Positions 1 through 9,580 of a stretch of DNA of 64,000 bases are shown piece by piece (positions within the stretch are counted from its first letter, which is position 1; every line of letters begins with the position of its first letter). The translations under genes and the position numbers were made by a program. Under the pieces are notes generated by a model that saw only the letters and a list, made by a program, of their open reading frames with translations, was not told the DNA's origin and searched no databases. Source of the stretch: Candidatus Cloacimonadota bacterium. Lineage in GTDB: Bacteria > Cloacimonadota > Cloacimonadia > JGIOTU-2. The stretch spans positions 256,001 through 320,000 of the forward strand of contig JBNGBT010000001.1 of the NCBI GenBank assembly GCA_049903315.1. Reading direction: 5' to 3'.

Positions 1-6
1 GTACAT

Positions 7-714
7 ATGAAAAAAATATTTTTATTACTTTCCTTATTCGCAATCCTGTTCTATCTCGGGTGTGATAAAACACCCTATGAAATACCCTTCGATTCAATAC
101 GAGCAGTTATTTTTGACGTTAATATGAAACTAAAAATTGATGATGGAACTTTCAATCCCGATACCGACACTTTAAGTATCAACGGCACTTTTAATAATTG
201 GACTGCCCACGAAATGTACGACATAGATGATGACAGCATCTATACAAGTACTTTCCCGAACTTGATCAATGGAGGTACATATGAGTATAGATATGGTATT
301 AATGGTGTTTTGGAAGATCTCGGTGGTGATAATAGGGTTTATACTGTAAAATCAGAAGATAATATTACAGCTGATTTCTATGGTGAGTTAGATCCAACAA
401 TCGTTACATTTCAAGTTAATATGAATTATCAAGTCGAATTAGGATACTTCGTATTTGGTAGTGATTTTCTTGATGTCGCAGGAAATTTCAATAATTGGGA
501 AGGTTCTGCCCATCTCGTCGATCTCGAAGGTGACGGCATCTATGAAATTACATATTATAACATGGTTCCTGATCAGCAATTAGAATTTAAATTCCGCATA
601 AATGGTAGTTGGGACACAGCAGAATTTCCTGGAGGTGGTCCTAATAGAACATATACTGTTGTAGCCGGAGAGAATATTCCATATTATTGGTATAACGATG
701 AACAACCTGAGTAA
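7..714 (+). CDS. Lipoprotein with two tandem CBM20-like starch-binding modules
   Basis: Lipobox FYLG-C. Two similar modules (VIFDVNM..INGTFNNW..DDDSIYT..YEYRY..NRVYTV and VTFQVNM..VAGNFNNW..EGDGIYE..LEFKF..NRTYTV). Lies upstream of amylolytic genes. Confidence 0.7.
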   Translation: MKKIFLLLSLFAILFYLGCDKTPYEIPFDSIRAVIFDVNMKLKIDDGTFNPDTDTLSINGTFNNWTAHEMYDIDDDSIYTSTFPNLINGGTYEYRYGINGVLEDLGGDNRVYTVKSEDNITADFYGELDPTIVTFQVNMNYQVELGYFVFGSDFLDVAGNFNNWEGSAHLVDLEGDGIYEITYYNMVPDQQLEFKFRINGSWDTAEFPGGGPNRTYTVVAGENIPYYWYNDEQPE

Positions 715-768
715 AAATATAACCCAATATAATATTATGAAATAGAAAATATATACGGAGGAACATAC

Positions 769-3687
769 ATGAAACGTATACACTTTTTACTCCTTATCAT
801 TCCGCTCATCCTCACAGGATGCGGAACACTGGGATTTGGCTCTTTCGAAGGTAAGCCACCTCAGACAGCGACAATAGCCCAAGCAGAGGGTGGCACAACT
901 TTTTCATATGAAGCACCCGATGCAGCAAGTGTCTTTGTCGCAGGTGATTTTAATTCCTGGGATCCCCAGGCTGATCCTATGATCAAGCAGGACGATGTAT
1001 GGGTGATCACACTCGACCTAGAACCAGAATCATATCAATATAAATTTGTTGTGAATGGCTCGGAATGGATGCCTGATCCCAACAATCCCACGACTGCTGA
1101 TGACGGATATGGGGGACAAAATTCAGTAATAACAATTGGAGAGAAACCAATGGCAACTTTTGTTCAAGAAGAAACGAAACCACAAAGCGGTGTTTTTCCT
1201 GTCACCTTTGAATATCAACCTCTTACCGGTGGCAAACATGACGTGTACCTTGCTGGCGAATTTAATAACTGGTCAGACAAGGATATACAACTTAAAGAAG
1301 ATAACGGAATATACAAAACCACAGTTCAACTTCCCAAAGGTAAATTCACCTATAAGTTCGTTGTGGACGGCAACTGGGTAACTGATGAGAATGCAGCAGA
1401 ATTTATCGGCGATGGATTTGGCGGACAAAATTCCGTTGTATTCGTGGGTAAAAAAGAGGATATAGAAGCTCTTTATAAAGTAGAATTCTCATATCGTCCC
1501 GATAAAGAAGGTGTGAATGATGTGTATCTTGCAGGCTCTTTCAATGGCTGGAATCAGAAAGCCAATATGATGGAAGAAACTGAAGATGGGCTTTTTGAAA
1601 CGACCCTCCTTCTCAAGGGTGGAGAATATCAGTACAAATTCGTGGTGAACGGAACGGACTGGATCACAGATTTGAGCGTGTCCCGTTTTGGCGACGACGG
1701 ATTCGGTGGTCAGAATTCCATTTTAGACGTAGATGAACGCTATCCAAAAGTTCAGATAGAAATGAGCGACGGAAACGTTATGACGTATGGAATCCCGACC
1801 GATCAATCTCTGGAAACGATCAATCCGCTTTCCGATACAAAAATAGAATTCAAAGCCCGTGCACATCGCAACGACCTTGAAAATATTTATTTGTGGAAAG
1901 ACGGAGAAAAGATCGAGATGGATTTTGTGGATGCGGATGACACCTTTGATTATTATCATAAAATAATTGAACTTAGTTCACCTGATGATGAGTTTGATTA
2001 CTACTTCATTTATGTAGATGGCGGCAAGGAATTCTATCTTCTTAACGGCGCTTTGACCGAGAACTTTGATGAAGATATGGTATTTCATTATTCCAAGGAA
2101 GCAGTGGAGCCCTTCTTTACACCGGACTGGGTAAAGAACGGAGTTATTTACCAGATATTCTGTGACAGATTCTACAATGGCGACAAGTCAAATGACCAGG
2201 ATTTCACAGAATGGTATTATAAAGGCGTGAACCAGCCGCCAGCACCCGGAAAAAAATTACCGGCGAACAAACAATATTTCCACCTTGTTGATGACTGGTA
2301 TGATATTTCCAGTTTGAAAAGCAATCCATACAGACATGACGGCAAACCGGATTGGTGGTCATTTTACGGTGGTGACATCGAAGGTGTGCGTCAAAAGCTT
2401 GGCTACCTTGAAGACCTTGGAGTGACGATTATATATTTCAATCCACTCTTTGAAGCAAAGTCAAATCATAAGTACGATGCAGTGGATTATATGAAACTCG
2501 ATCCTCATTTCGGCACTCCGGAAGAGTTCAAGAAGTTTGTACAAGAAGCACATGAGCGTGGCATTCATGTGATCATCGACTGTGCTTTCAATCATACAGG
2601 CGAGACATTCTGGGCATTTCAGGATGCACTTGAAAAAGGACCCGATTCGCCCTACTGGCACTGGTACGAGATAAAGAAGTGGCCCCTGCCCGATCCTGTT
2701 CCTGCAAACTATAATCCCGCAGATTATTATGAATGCTGGTGGGGTGTAGGTGAGATGCCGGATCTCAACTGGGATCTGACACTTCCTAATCCTGCTGAAA
2801 ATAGTATTAAAAATATAGATGATGCCGATCCTAACTGGGATGTGGTGAACTATGTCCTCGATGTCGCAGATTACTGGATCAAAGACATGGATTGTGATGG
2901 TTTCCGTTTGGATGTACCGAATGAAGTTCCTTTCTGGTTCTGGGAGTTGTTCCGCGATAAAGTAAAATCTATCAAACCAGATGCATATCTCGTTGGCGAA
3001 CTCTGGGGCAATGCCACAGATTGGGTGAACAGCCACTATTTTGATGCAGTGATGAACTACGCCTTCTTCAAAGATCCTGTGATGCGTTTCTTCGCGATGA
3101 GAAGCTGCAGCGCTAAGACCTTTGACAGAGACATCAAGCAGGGCTTGCTTGCATATCCTATCCAGGCAGTGCAATGTATGATGAACCTCATAGACAGCCA
3201 TGATACATTCCGTTATCTTGAATCCATTAAAGGTGATCTTGGCAAATTAAGACTCACCATGCTTTTCTCTATGACCTATGTCGGTGCTCCCCATATCTGG
3301 TATGGCGATGAGATCGGCATGATGGGTGCTCATGATCCGGACTGCCGCAGACCAATGAACTGGAAATATACCGAAGATAAAGAAAAGGTCGCCCTGCGAG
3401 ACTGGTATAAAAAACTGATACAGATCAGGAAAAAATTCTCATGCCTACGCACAGGCGACTTCCATACAGTGCTTACGGACGGCATGGTCTATGCATATAA
3501 ACGAAGTGATGATAACTGCTCTATAACGGTGGTGATCAACAATGATACACAAGCTCATACAGTAAAAATTCCTTTCAATGAAGGACAGAAATCTGCAATA
3601 AATCTTCTGGATGATATGTCATTTCAAATTACTGATGGCGAAATCGAGATCACTCTCAAGCCAATGAGTGGTGCGATACTTAAATAA
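769..3687 (+). CDS. GH13 neopullulanase/cyclomaltodextrinase-like alpha-glucan hydrolase, lipoprotein with three N-terminal CBM48/AMPK-like glycogen-binding modules
   Basis: Lipobox ILTG-C and GGAGG SD. GH13 motifs YQIFCDRF, GGDIEG, NHKYD, DCAFNH, MPDLN, GFRLDVPNE (nucleophile), LVGELW (acid/base), SHDT, YGDEIG, DPDCRR. Confidence 0.92.
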   Translation: MKRIHFLLLIIPLILTGCGTLGFGSFEGKPPQTATIAQAEGGTTFSYEAPDAASVFVAGDFNSWDPQADPMIKQDDVWVITLDLEPESYQYKFVVNGSEWMPDPNNPTTADDGYGGQNSVITIGEKPMATFVQEETKPQSGVFPVTFEYQPLTGGKHDVYLAGEFNNWSDKDIQLKEDNGIYKTTVQLPKGKFTYKFVVDGNWVTDENAAEFIGDGFGGQNSVVFVGKKEDIEALYKVEFSYRPDKEGVNDVYLAGSFNGWNQKANMMEETEDGLFETTLLLKGGEYQYKFVVNGTDWITDLSVSRFGDDGFGGQNSILDVDERYPKVQIEMSDGNVMTYGIPTDQSLETINPLSDTKIEFKARAHRNDLENIYLWKDGEKIEMDFVDADDTFDYYHKIIELSSPDDEFDYYFIYVDGGKEFYLLNGALTENFDEDMVFHYSKEAVEPFFTPDWVKNGVIYQIFCDRFYNGDKSNDQDFTEWYYKGVNQPPAPGKKLPANKQYFHLVDDWYDISSLKSNPYRHDGKPDWWSFYGGDIEGVRQKLGYLEDLGVTIIYFNPLFEAKSNHKYDAVDYMKLDPHFGTPEEFKKFVQEAHERGIHVIIDCAFNHTGETFWAFQDALEKGPDSPYWHWYEIKKWPLPDPVPANYNPADYYECWWGVGEMPDLNWDLTLPNPAENSIKNIDDADPNWDVVNYVLDVADYWIKDMDCDGFRLDVPNEVPFWFWELFRDKVKSIKPDAYLVGELWGNATDWVNSHYFDAVMNYAFFKDPVMRFFAMRSCSAKTFDRDIKQGLLAYPIQAVQCMMNLIDSHDTFRYLESIKGDLGKLRLTMLFSMTYVGAPHIWYGDEIGMMGAHDPDCRRPMNWKYTEDKEKVALRDWYKKLIQIRKKFSCLRTGDFHTVLTDGMVYAYKRSDDNCSITVVINNDTQAHTVKIPFNEGQKSAINLLDDMSFQITDGEIEITLKPMSGAILK
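895..1731 (+). repeat. Three intragenic CBM48-like repeats of about 85 aa (boundaries approximate)
   Basis: The pattern V(F/Y)(V/L)AG.FN.W...Y.YKFVV(N/D)G..W..D....DG(Y/F)GGQNS occurs three times. Confidence 0.85.
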
Positions 3688-3712
3688 ATTTTCCCTGCGA
3701 AATGGGGTACCT

Positions 3713-6700
3713 ATGAATAAAAAATGTACAGCGGTGTTGATAGGATTTCTTCTTGTTGCGGTCAATGCATTCGCTTTTACGATAACAGGAGACATCTCGA
3801 GCTGGCAAAAAGAAGATTTTATCAGCTTTGATGAAGTGGGGGACTGCGTAGCATCCTGCGGAGATATTACATCCGTATTCTCACGAGTCGAAAATGGAAC
3901 ACTCTTTTTAAGGATTACTTTTGATGACATGGTCCAGCGATCGCAAAACCATATCGTGAAAGATAATTTCCATGAGAAAGATATTGCTGCTATCGTCACT
4001 ATCTATGCAGGCAAGGAGAAGAAAGCACTCTTTCATAAGGAATTTTCTATGCAAGCTCTTGAGCAGAAAAATGGAGATGAGAAAATTCTTAGAACACGTG
4101 AATGCAATACCGTAGAGCACTCTATTCCTTTCGTGACCGAATTTGCCAAAGAAGACCTGACCTACAAAATCGATGTCATTATTGATGGCACAATTGTGGA
4201 CAATTTTATCGGAAAAGGGCAGACGCTCTTTCGAGGTGGCAACTGTGCATTTGTTCATCACGGCAACCAGGGGTTGACCTATACCGAGGTTTTTTATGGA
4301 CAGTATCCCCAGGAAACAAGCGGTTTCGATGAAGTGCTTGAAGTGCATGAAGCGACAAATATTCCCGGCAATTTTCACATGTCCGGAACACTCATGCCTG
4401 CTGCAGAATGGCATAATCCTGAATTTAATGATTGGCTGGAAACAGGAGCTGCAAGCGGATGGGTGGCTATGATGACCTCTGCGCTCGGACAGCACATGAT
4501 GCCCTTTGTGCAGAATGATATGAATAACTGGTCTGTGAACATCGAATGCGATATGGTGGATTACAGGTATAACTATATTCCACGTGTTGCATGGGTTCCT
4601 GAGCGCGTATGGCTTAATCCCGGGCAGTATCCTGATGCGGGTGTAATCGACTGGCTTGGTGATAACTGGCAGCAGTACGGTGTCGATGCAGTTATTCTTG
4701 ATGACAGTCCCCATTGCTGGAATGTGAATAAGAACAAGATCCACTGGATGAATAACGGCAGCGGTGTGACGCTTCGCGTGATTCCTATTGATAATGAATT
4801 CGTAGGAAAAATGCACTATGATGCGGACGGTGCAAAAAACTATATAAATTCACAAGGACAATACGAAATTGTCGTGTATGGCACTGACTGGGAAGTTGCC
4901 GCAGAAATGAACGAGCACCACAACTCATTCTTCCTGGATAACTATGAAAGTGTGCTCTGGTACTGCCATGACAACTATCCTGCAATAAATGTATGGAAGC
5001 TTGATGCTGCTTTGGCAAACGCAGACTTCAATGGCAGCAGCTTCGATATTACTCCCGGAACATACGGGCTTCTCGGCGGTGGCGACGGATATGGAGGAAG
5101 TAATAATAGCTGGTACACCCAATGGGCTGGTGCAGAATCTCATTCGGATTATCACTCGCCGAAATGGACCTACGGATATATATGGAATGATGTCTATAAC
5201 AATATCATAACATGTCCCGATAATGGTCTTTCTCAGCTTGCATGGTACACGCTCATGATCAATCTTCATGAAACCGGATGGCATACAAGCGGCGAGATCG
5301 CTGATTGGGAGCATCGCTATTCTGCACATATGAAAAATGCAAATGTCTATGCAGAAGCATCTCGATGGGCAAATGGTGACTATGTAGAAACAACTGCATC
5401 CTATCTTTCTGATATTGATAAAGATGGTGTCGATGAACTCATTATGTATAATGATAACGCATTTTATGTATTTGAAACAATTGGAGGAAAAGCAAACTGG
5501 ATATTCGTCAAAGATGGTTCGGGTAATGGCTATTCTGTGGTCGGTTCGGATGTGGCATATTGGTCGGAATCCGACGGTGATTATAATGAGAGCTCCAATA
5601 ATCACGTTGCAGCACTTTCGGATGTGTCACCCAATTATCAGAACGATCTCTATGCAATGGTCGTAAATACAGGCACTGGTGACAGCGTACAGGCAACACT
5701 TACAAAAAATGAAGTGAGCAAAGTAATATCTCTTCAAACCGGCGATTCTCACCTCGAAGTTCAGTACAGTTTTGGCAATGAAACAGGATACGTGAAATCC
5801 GGCTGGTCTTCCGATCTTCTCGATCTTATCTGGTCGGGAAAATCCAATCTGCAAAGAATGTGGGGGGACTGGGGAGAATATTGCGGACAAAGAAATTCTT
5901 CTTCCGGCGCAACAGGTGCGATCGTGATCGGTGATGCAGGTGCAGAATTCAATACAGAATTCGAAGGTACACTTGTCAAAGGAGATGAGATAAAAGGACA
6001 GGGTAGCTTTGTCGTGTATCTTTTTGCAGGATTTACCAGTGCGCCCTATGATCCAAATAATAACAAAGTTGTAGAGCTTGATGCACTCGCGGATGAACTT
6101 CAGGATAGCTATGCACCGCGCATTGTGAACGAAGCAGCATACCTCGTGGGTGACAGTAAACTTCAGATCATTTATAACGAACCCGTTCAAGAATTAAGTG
6201 CGATTGACCCCGGTCATTATTCATTTCAGAATTTCACAGGTTCATATTCAATAAATAATATTCAATTTTCACATGAGCGAAAAGTGACAATCACAATTAA
6301 TGAAAGCTTCCAGCCCGGCGATCTTGGTGATGTCGTTGTCTCTAATGTGCTTGATCTGCATGGAAATCTCATTGATCCTGATTACGATACCGGAGCAGTC
6401 ACAGAAATTATTACACCACATGTTGTCGGCTCGATGAACGGATGGACACCCGGCAATCATGATTATGATTTCTTATTGATGGATAATGGTGTATGGCAGT
6501 CAGTGCTCTCGCTTCCCACAGGCAGTTATGAGTACAAGGTCATAGAAAGCAATAGCTGGAACGGCAATGACTGGCCCGGAGAAAATCAATCATTTGTTCT
6601 GGGAGAAGCATCGGTCATAACGATCTACGCGAATTGCGGTATTATGGTTGGAGAACAGAACTATGACGAGTATGTTTTCCACAGTCCAAATCCGCCTGTG

Positions 6701-7306
6701 GTCGTGGGGAATTTCCTCTCCGAGATCGGGGGAACCGACTGGAATGTGCAGACAACTCTCACCCTGATGAATGATGAAGGTATTGATGGTGATTCTGTTG
6801 CATTTGACGGCATTTACACCTACTTTGGCTCAATCCCGGCTGGTGAATACGAATACAAGATCGTACTCAATAATAACTGGGATCAAAATACCACTGGAGA
6901 GAACCTATATTTAAGCTTGAATGCGAACAGCGATGTGTATTTTTATTATAATATGGCACAAAACATAATATGGGCAGAGAATGCCGGTGTATCGGTCGAT
7001 GAGCCGGATCAACCGCAGTATGAGATCAATATCACTCTTGCTCCCCCTCATCCATCACCTTTTAAAGACCAGCTTACGATCGATTATTATGTACGCCAGC
7101 CATCAAAAGTAACTTTGGAAATTTTTAATATAAAAGGACAAAAAATTCTTACTCTTATTGATAATGAACTGAAACAAGGAGCGAACTCGGTCACCTGGAA
7201 CGGTCGTAATAATACGAACAATAAAATTCCTTCGGGAGTGTATCTTATTCAGCTTTCCACTTCTTATGAATTCTGTACAGAAAAAGCAGTGTTTTTACAT
7301 AAATAA
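3713..7306 (+). CDS. Secreted GH57-like alpha-glucan enzyme with Ig-like, X25-like and C-terminal FlgD/T9SS-like domains
   Basis: ATG 3713 gives a signal peptide (MNKKCTAVLIGFLLVAVNAFA). GH57-type motifs FVHHGNQ, AWVPERVW (Glu nucleophile) and YGTDWE. X25-like VVGSMNGW..YEYK and VVGNFLSEIGGTDW..YEYK. Tail PSPF..IFNIKGQKI..WNG..SGVYL. Confidence 0.78.
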   Translation: MNKKCTAVLIGFLLVAVNAFAFTITGDISSWQKEDFISFDEVGDCVASCGDITSVFSRVENGTLFLRITFDDMVQRSQNHIVKDNFHEKDIAAIVTIYAGKEKKALFHKEFSMQALEQKNGDEKILRTRECNTVEHSIPFVTEFAKEDLTYKIDVIIDGTIVDNFIGKGQTLFRGGNCAFVHHGNQGLTYTEVFYGQYPQETSGFDEVLEVHEATNIPGNFHMSGTLMPAAEWHNPEFNDWLETGAASGWVAMMTSALGQHMMPFVQNDMNNWSVNIECDMVDYRYNYIPRVAWVPERVWLNPGQYPDAGVIDWLGDNWQQYGVDAVILDDSPHCWNVNKNKIHWMNNGSGVTLRVIPIDNEFVGKMHYDADGAKNYINSQGQYEIVVYGTDWEVAAEMNEHHNSFFLDNYESVLWYCHDNYPAINVWKLDAALANADFNGSSFDITPGTYGLLGGGDGYGGSNNSWYTQWAGAESHSDYHSPKWTYGYIWNDVYNNIITCPDNGLSQLAWYTLMINLHETGWHTSGEIADWEHRYSAHMKNANVYAEASRWANGDYVETTASYLSDIDKDGVDELIMYNDNAFYVFETIGGKANWIFVKDGSGNGYSVVGSDVAYWSESDGDYNESSNNHVAALSDVSPNYQNDLYAMVVNTGTGDSVQATLTKNEVSKVISLQTGDSHLEVQYSFGNETGYVKSGWSSDLLDLIWSGKSNLQRMWGDWGEYCGQRNSSSGATGAIVIGDAGAEFNTEFEGTLVKGDEIKGQGSFVVYLFAGFTSAPYDPNNNKVVELDALADELQDSYAPRIVNEAAYLVGDSKLQIIYNEPVQELSAIDPGHYSFQNFTGSYSINNIQFSHERKVTITINESFQPGDLGDVVVSNVLDLHGNLIDPDYDTGAVTEIITPHVVGSMNGWTPGNHDYDFLLMDNGVWQSVLSLPTGSYEYKVIESNSWNGNDWPGENQSFVLGEASVITIYANCGIMVGEQNYDEYVFHSPNPPVVVGNFLSEIGGTDWNVQTTLTLMNDEGIDGDSVAFDGIYTYFGSIPAGEYEYKIVLNNNWDQNTTGENLYLSLNANSDVYFYYNMAQNIIWAENAGVSVDEPDQPQYEINITLAPPHPSPFKDQLTIDYYVRQPSKVTLEIFNIKGQKILTLIDNELKQGANSVTWNGRNNTNNKIPSGVYLIQLSTSYEFCTEKAVFLHK

Positions 7307-7414
7307 ACTGAAAATATCTTAGATAGGTAGAGAGGAATGTTACTTTCTTTGGAAGGTTTATGATCTAAATGTATTAACCCACAAAAAAACAATATAATTC
7401 TAAGGAGAATTACA

Positions 7415-8806
7415 ATGAAAAAAATTAGTATTTTAGTTGTGTTATTATTTGTTGCTGCAAGCTTGAATGCCGCAATTGGTTGGAGCGGAAATATTTGGCC
7501 AAATTCCGGTACTGACCAAACAAACGGAAGTGATATAACTGTATATTATCAGATGTGGAAAGATGGCACGACTGGTCCCGCAGGTCCAGATCCAAATCTT
7601 TCAGCAACTTTGTATTATAAATTATCAACTCAGGGAACATACCAGTCAGTTGCAATGTCATATCTTGGAGCTGTTGGTAACAATGATGAGTATTCCGGTG
7701 CAATACCAAACACCTTTTTTTACACAGGTGATGTTGTAAATTTCTATTGTGAAGGATATGACAATACCGATGCCTCATATTCATATGGAACAGACCAAAA
7801 TATGGCTGGTCCATTCACAGATGTAGCACCTGGAAGTTATAATATCGTTGCTGGATTAAATCAAGATGTTACTGTTACTTTCAATGTATATCTTGGCTAT
7901 CAGGAAGCTTCAAGTTATGCTGGTGGTGTATCTGTTCAGGGTAGTTTGCTTCCTCTTGATTGGACACCCGGTTCAACCTTACTTACAGATGTTGATGTAG
8001 ATCTGATCTATACATGTGATGTTTTATTTCCAGCGGGAACGAATCCAAACTTAGAATTCAAGTTTACAAAGAGTGCTGATGGCTCAGCCTGGGATTGGGA
8101 GAGTCTTCCAAACAGACCTCTTACAATTGATGACTCATCACCTACACAAATAATTGATCCTCCGCTTTTATTCGATGCAGAAGGAACCCTTCCTGTCGAG
8201 CTTTCCGCTTTCACTGCAGTGTACATGAACGAATTTGTAACCGTCTCTTGGCAGACAGCGACAGAGACAGATGTGATCGGGTATAATATTTTCCGTTCCG
8301 AAGAGGATGATTTCTCGACCGTACAAAAAGTGAACACTTCGATCATACCCGGACACGGTACCACAACCACACCTCAATCTTATGAATTCACAGACGTCAC
8401 TGCTGATCCTTATTACACAACTTACTATTACTGGCTCGAGGTCGTGAACTTTGGTGGAACCAATAATATTTACGGCTCGATCGAGTTTGAGCCGGTGGAT
8501 GTTGATCAAAATGGTGAGATGAATATAATAACCTCTAATCTGCTTCCTAGTTTCCCGAATCCTGTGCATGTTGGTCAGTCCGTGAAATTCAGCTTCTGCC
8601 TTGGTGGACTTGAAGGAACAGTTCGTCCTGTTCAGCTGAGTATATATAATGTGCTCGGACAGCGTATTGCAGATGTCGTGAATGACGAGCGTGTGGTGAA
8701 TAACTACACTGCTGAATGGAATACAGAAAATGTTGGACGCGGTATATATTTCTATCAGCTTAAGACCGAAGATTATCAAGAAACCAAAAAATTAATGATC
8801 GACTGA
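7415..8806 (+). CDS. Secreted non-catalytic protein with CBM20-like module and C-terminal sorting domain
   Basis: Signal peptide and AGGAG SD. N-terminal IGWSGNIWP..GNNDEY module, CBM20-like VTFNV..VQGS..LEFKF..WESLPNR, LPVELSAFTA linker module, FPNP..IYNVLGQ..GIYFYQL..KKLM tail. Confidence 0.7.
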   Translation: MKKISILVVLLFVAASLNAAIGWSGNIWPNSGTDQTNGSDITVYYQMWKDGTTGPAGPDPNLSATLYYKLSTQGTYQSVAMSYLGAVGNNDEYSGAIPNTFFYTGDVVNFYCEGYDNTDASYSYGTDQNMAGPFTDVAPGSYNIVAGLNQDVTVTFNVYLGYQEASSYAGGVSVQGSLLPLDWTPGSTLLTDVDVDLIYTCDVLFPAGTNPNLEFKFTKSADGSAWDWESLPNRPLTIDDSSPTQIIDPPLLFDAEGTLPVELSAFTAVYMNEFVTVSWQTATETDVIGYNIFRSEEDDFSTVQKVNTSIIPGHGTTTTPQSYEFTDVTADPYYTTYYYWLEVVNFGGTNNIYGSIEFEPVDVDQNGEMNIITSNLLPSFPNPVHVGQSVKFSFCLGGLEGTVRPVQLSIYNVLGQRIADVVNDERVVNNYTAEWNTENVGRGIYFYQLKTEDYQETKKLMID

Positions 8807-8821
8807 TAATTATACAAACAG

Positions 8822-8852
8822 ACCTGGCTGCTGCTTGAAGTGGCAGCCGGGT
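8822..8852 (+). terminator. GC-rich hairpin after 7415..8806, probable terminator or stabilising stem
   Basis: acctggctgctgc-ttgaa-gtggcagccgggt pairs with some G-U; the U tract is weak. Confidence 0.5.
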
Positions 8853-8918
8853 TGATACTTGTAATATATCTTTGAGTCGACAATGCTGATTAACATGTCA
8901 TCCCGACCCAATCCATTT

Positions 8919-9035
8919 TGTCATTCTGAGCAAAATGAAATGACGCGAAGAATCTATTCGATAAAAACGAACTCACGTCTTAAGAAGTTACTGATGTTTA
9001 TAATAAATAGATTCTTCACTGCGTTCAGAATGACA
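8919..9035. repeat. 117-bp REP-like palindromic element, copy 1
   Basis: Terminal IR TGTCATTCTGA..TCAGAATGACA and inner IR GAAGAATCTAT..ATAGATTCTTC. Direct repeat of 9408-9524. Confidence 0.9.
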
Positions 9036-9100
9036 ACGCCCTTTAACCTGAGAGAGATGCACTTTACTTTCTGCAACGCATCTGAAAAGCTTGTGTGATA

Positions 9101-9400
9101 ATGGTCTATACAAAGAATTACTACGTATACATCATGACAAATCATTCTGGAACATTATACACAGGAGTTACTAACAACCTTGAAAGAAGAGTCTACCAAC
9201 ACAAGCAAAAAGTGTTTGAAGGATTTACAAAGAAATACAATATAGATCGTCTTGTGTACTTCGAACATACTCATGATGTAAGAGTTGCGATCCTCAGAGA
9301 AAAGGAGATCAAGGGTTGGTTGCGCCAGAAGAAAATCAAGTTGATCGAAACAATGAATCCAGAATGGAACGACCTTAGCAAAGATTGGTTCGATGAATAA
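9101..9400 (+). CDS. Small stand-alone GIY-YIG nuclease (YhbQ/UPF0213-like)
   Basis: YYVYIMTN..TLYTGVTNNLERRVYQHK..GFTKKYN..LVYFE..AILREKEIKGW..NPEWNDL. ATG at 9101, in-frame GTG at 9095. Confidence 0.92.
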   Translation: MVYTKNYYVYIMTNHSGTLYTGVTNNLERRVYQHKQKVFEGFTKKYNIDRLVYFEHTHDVRVAILREKEIKGWLRQKKIKLIETMNPEWNDLSKDWFDE

Positions 9401-9407
9401 TAAAAAT

Positions 9408-9524
9408 TGTCATTCTGAGCGGAATGAAGTGAAGCGAAGAATCTATTCGTTCAAAACGAGCCCTAAGCTTGAGAAATTGCTATCAGCTATAGTACATAGA
9501 TTCTTCACTGCGTTAAGAATGACA
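9408..9524. repeat. 117-bp REP-like palindromic element, copy 2
   Basis: Same length and architecture as 8919-9035: TGTCATTCT..AGAATGACA and GAAGAATCTAT..ATAGATTCTTC. Confidence 0.9.
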
Positions 9525-9580
9525 AAGTGTATAAAGTATGTAGAGAAAATATTTGTGTTGTCAAATCCATGCACATTATT

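Noticed and set aside
2461..6190. Long minus-strand ORFs (246, 302, 226, 187 aa) opposite the glycoside hydrolases
   Set aside because: Antisense to well-supported genes and lacking recognisable motifs.
8919..9524. CRISPR array or IS-element interpretation of the repeats
   Set aside because: Only two long copies separated by a gene; no repeat-spacer periodicity, cas gene, transposase or target duplication.
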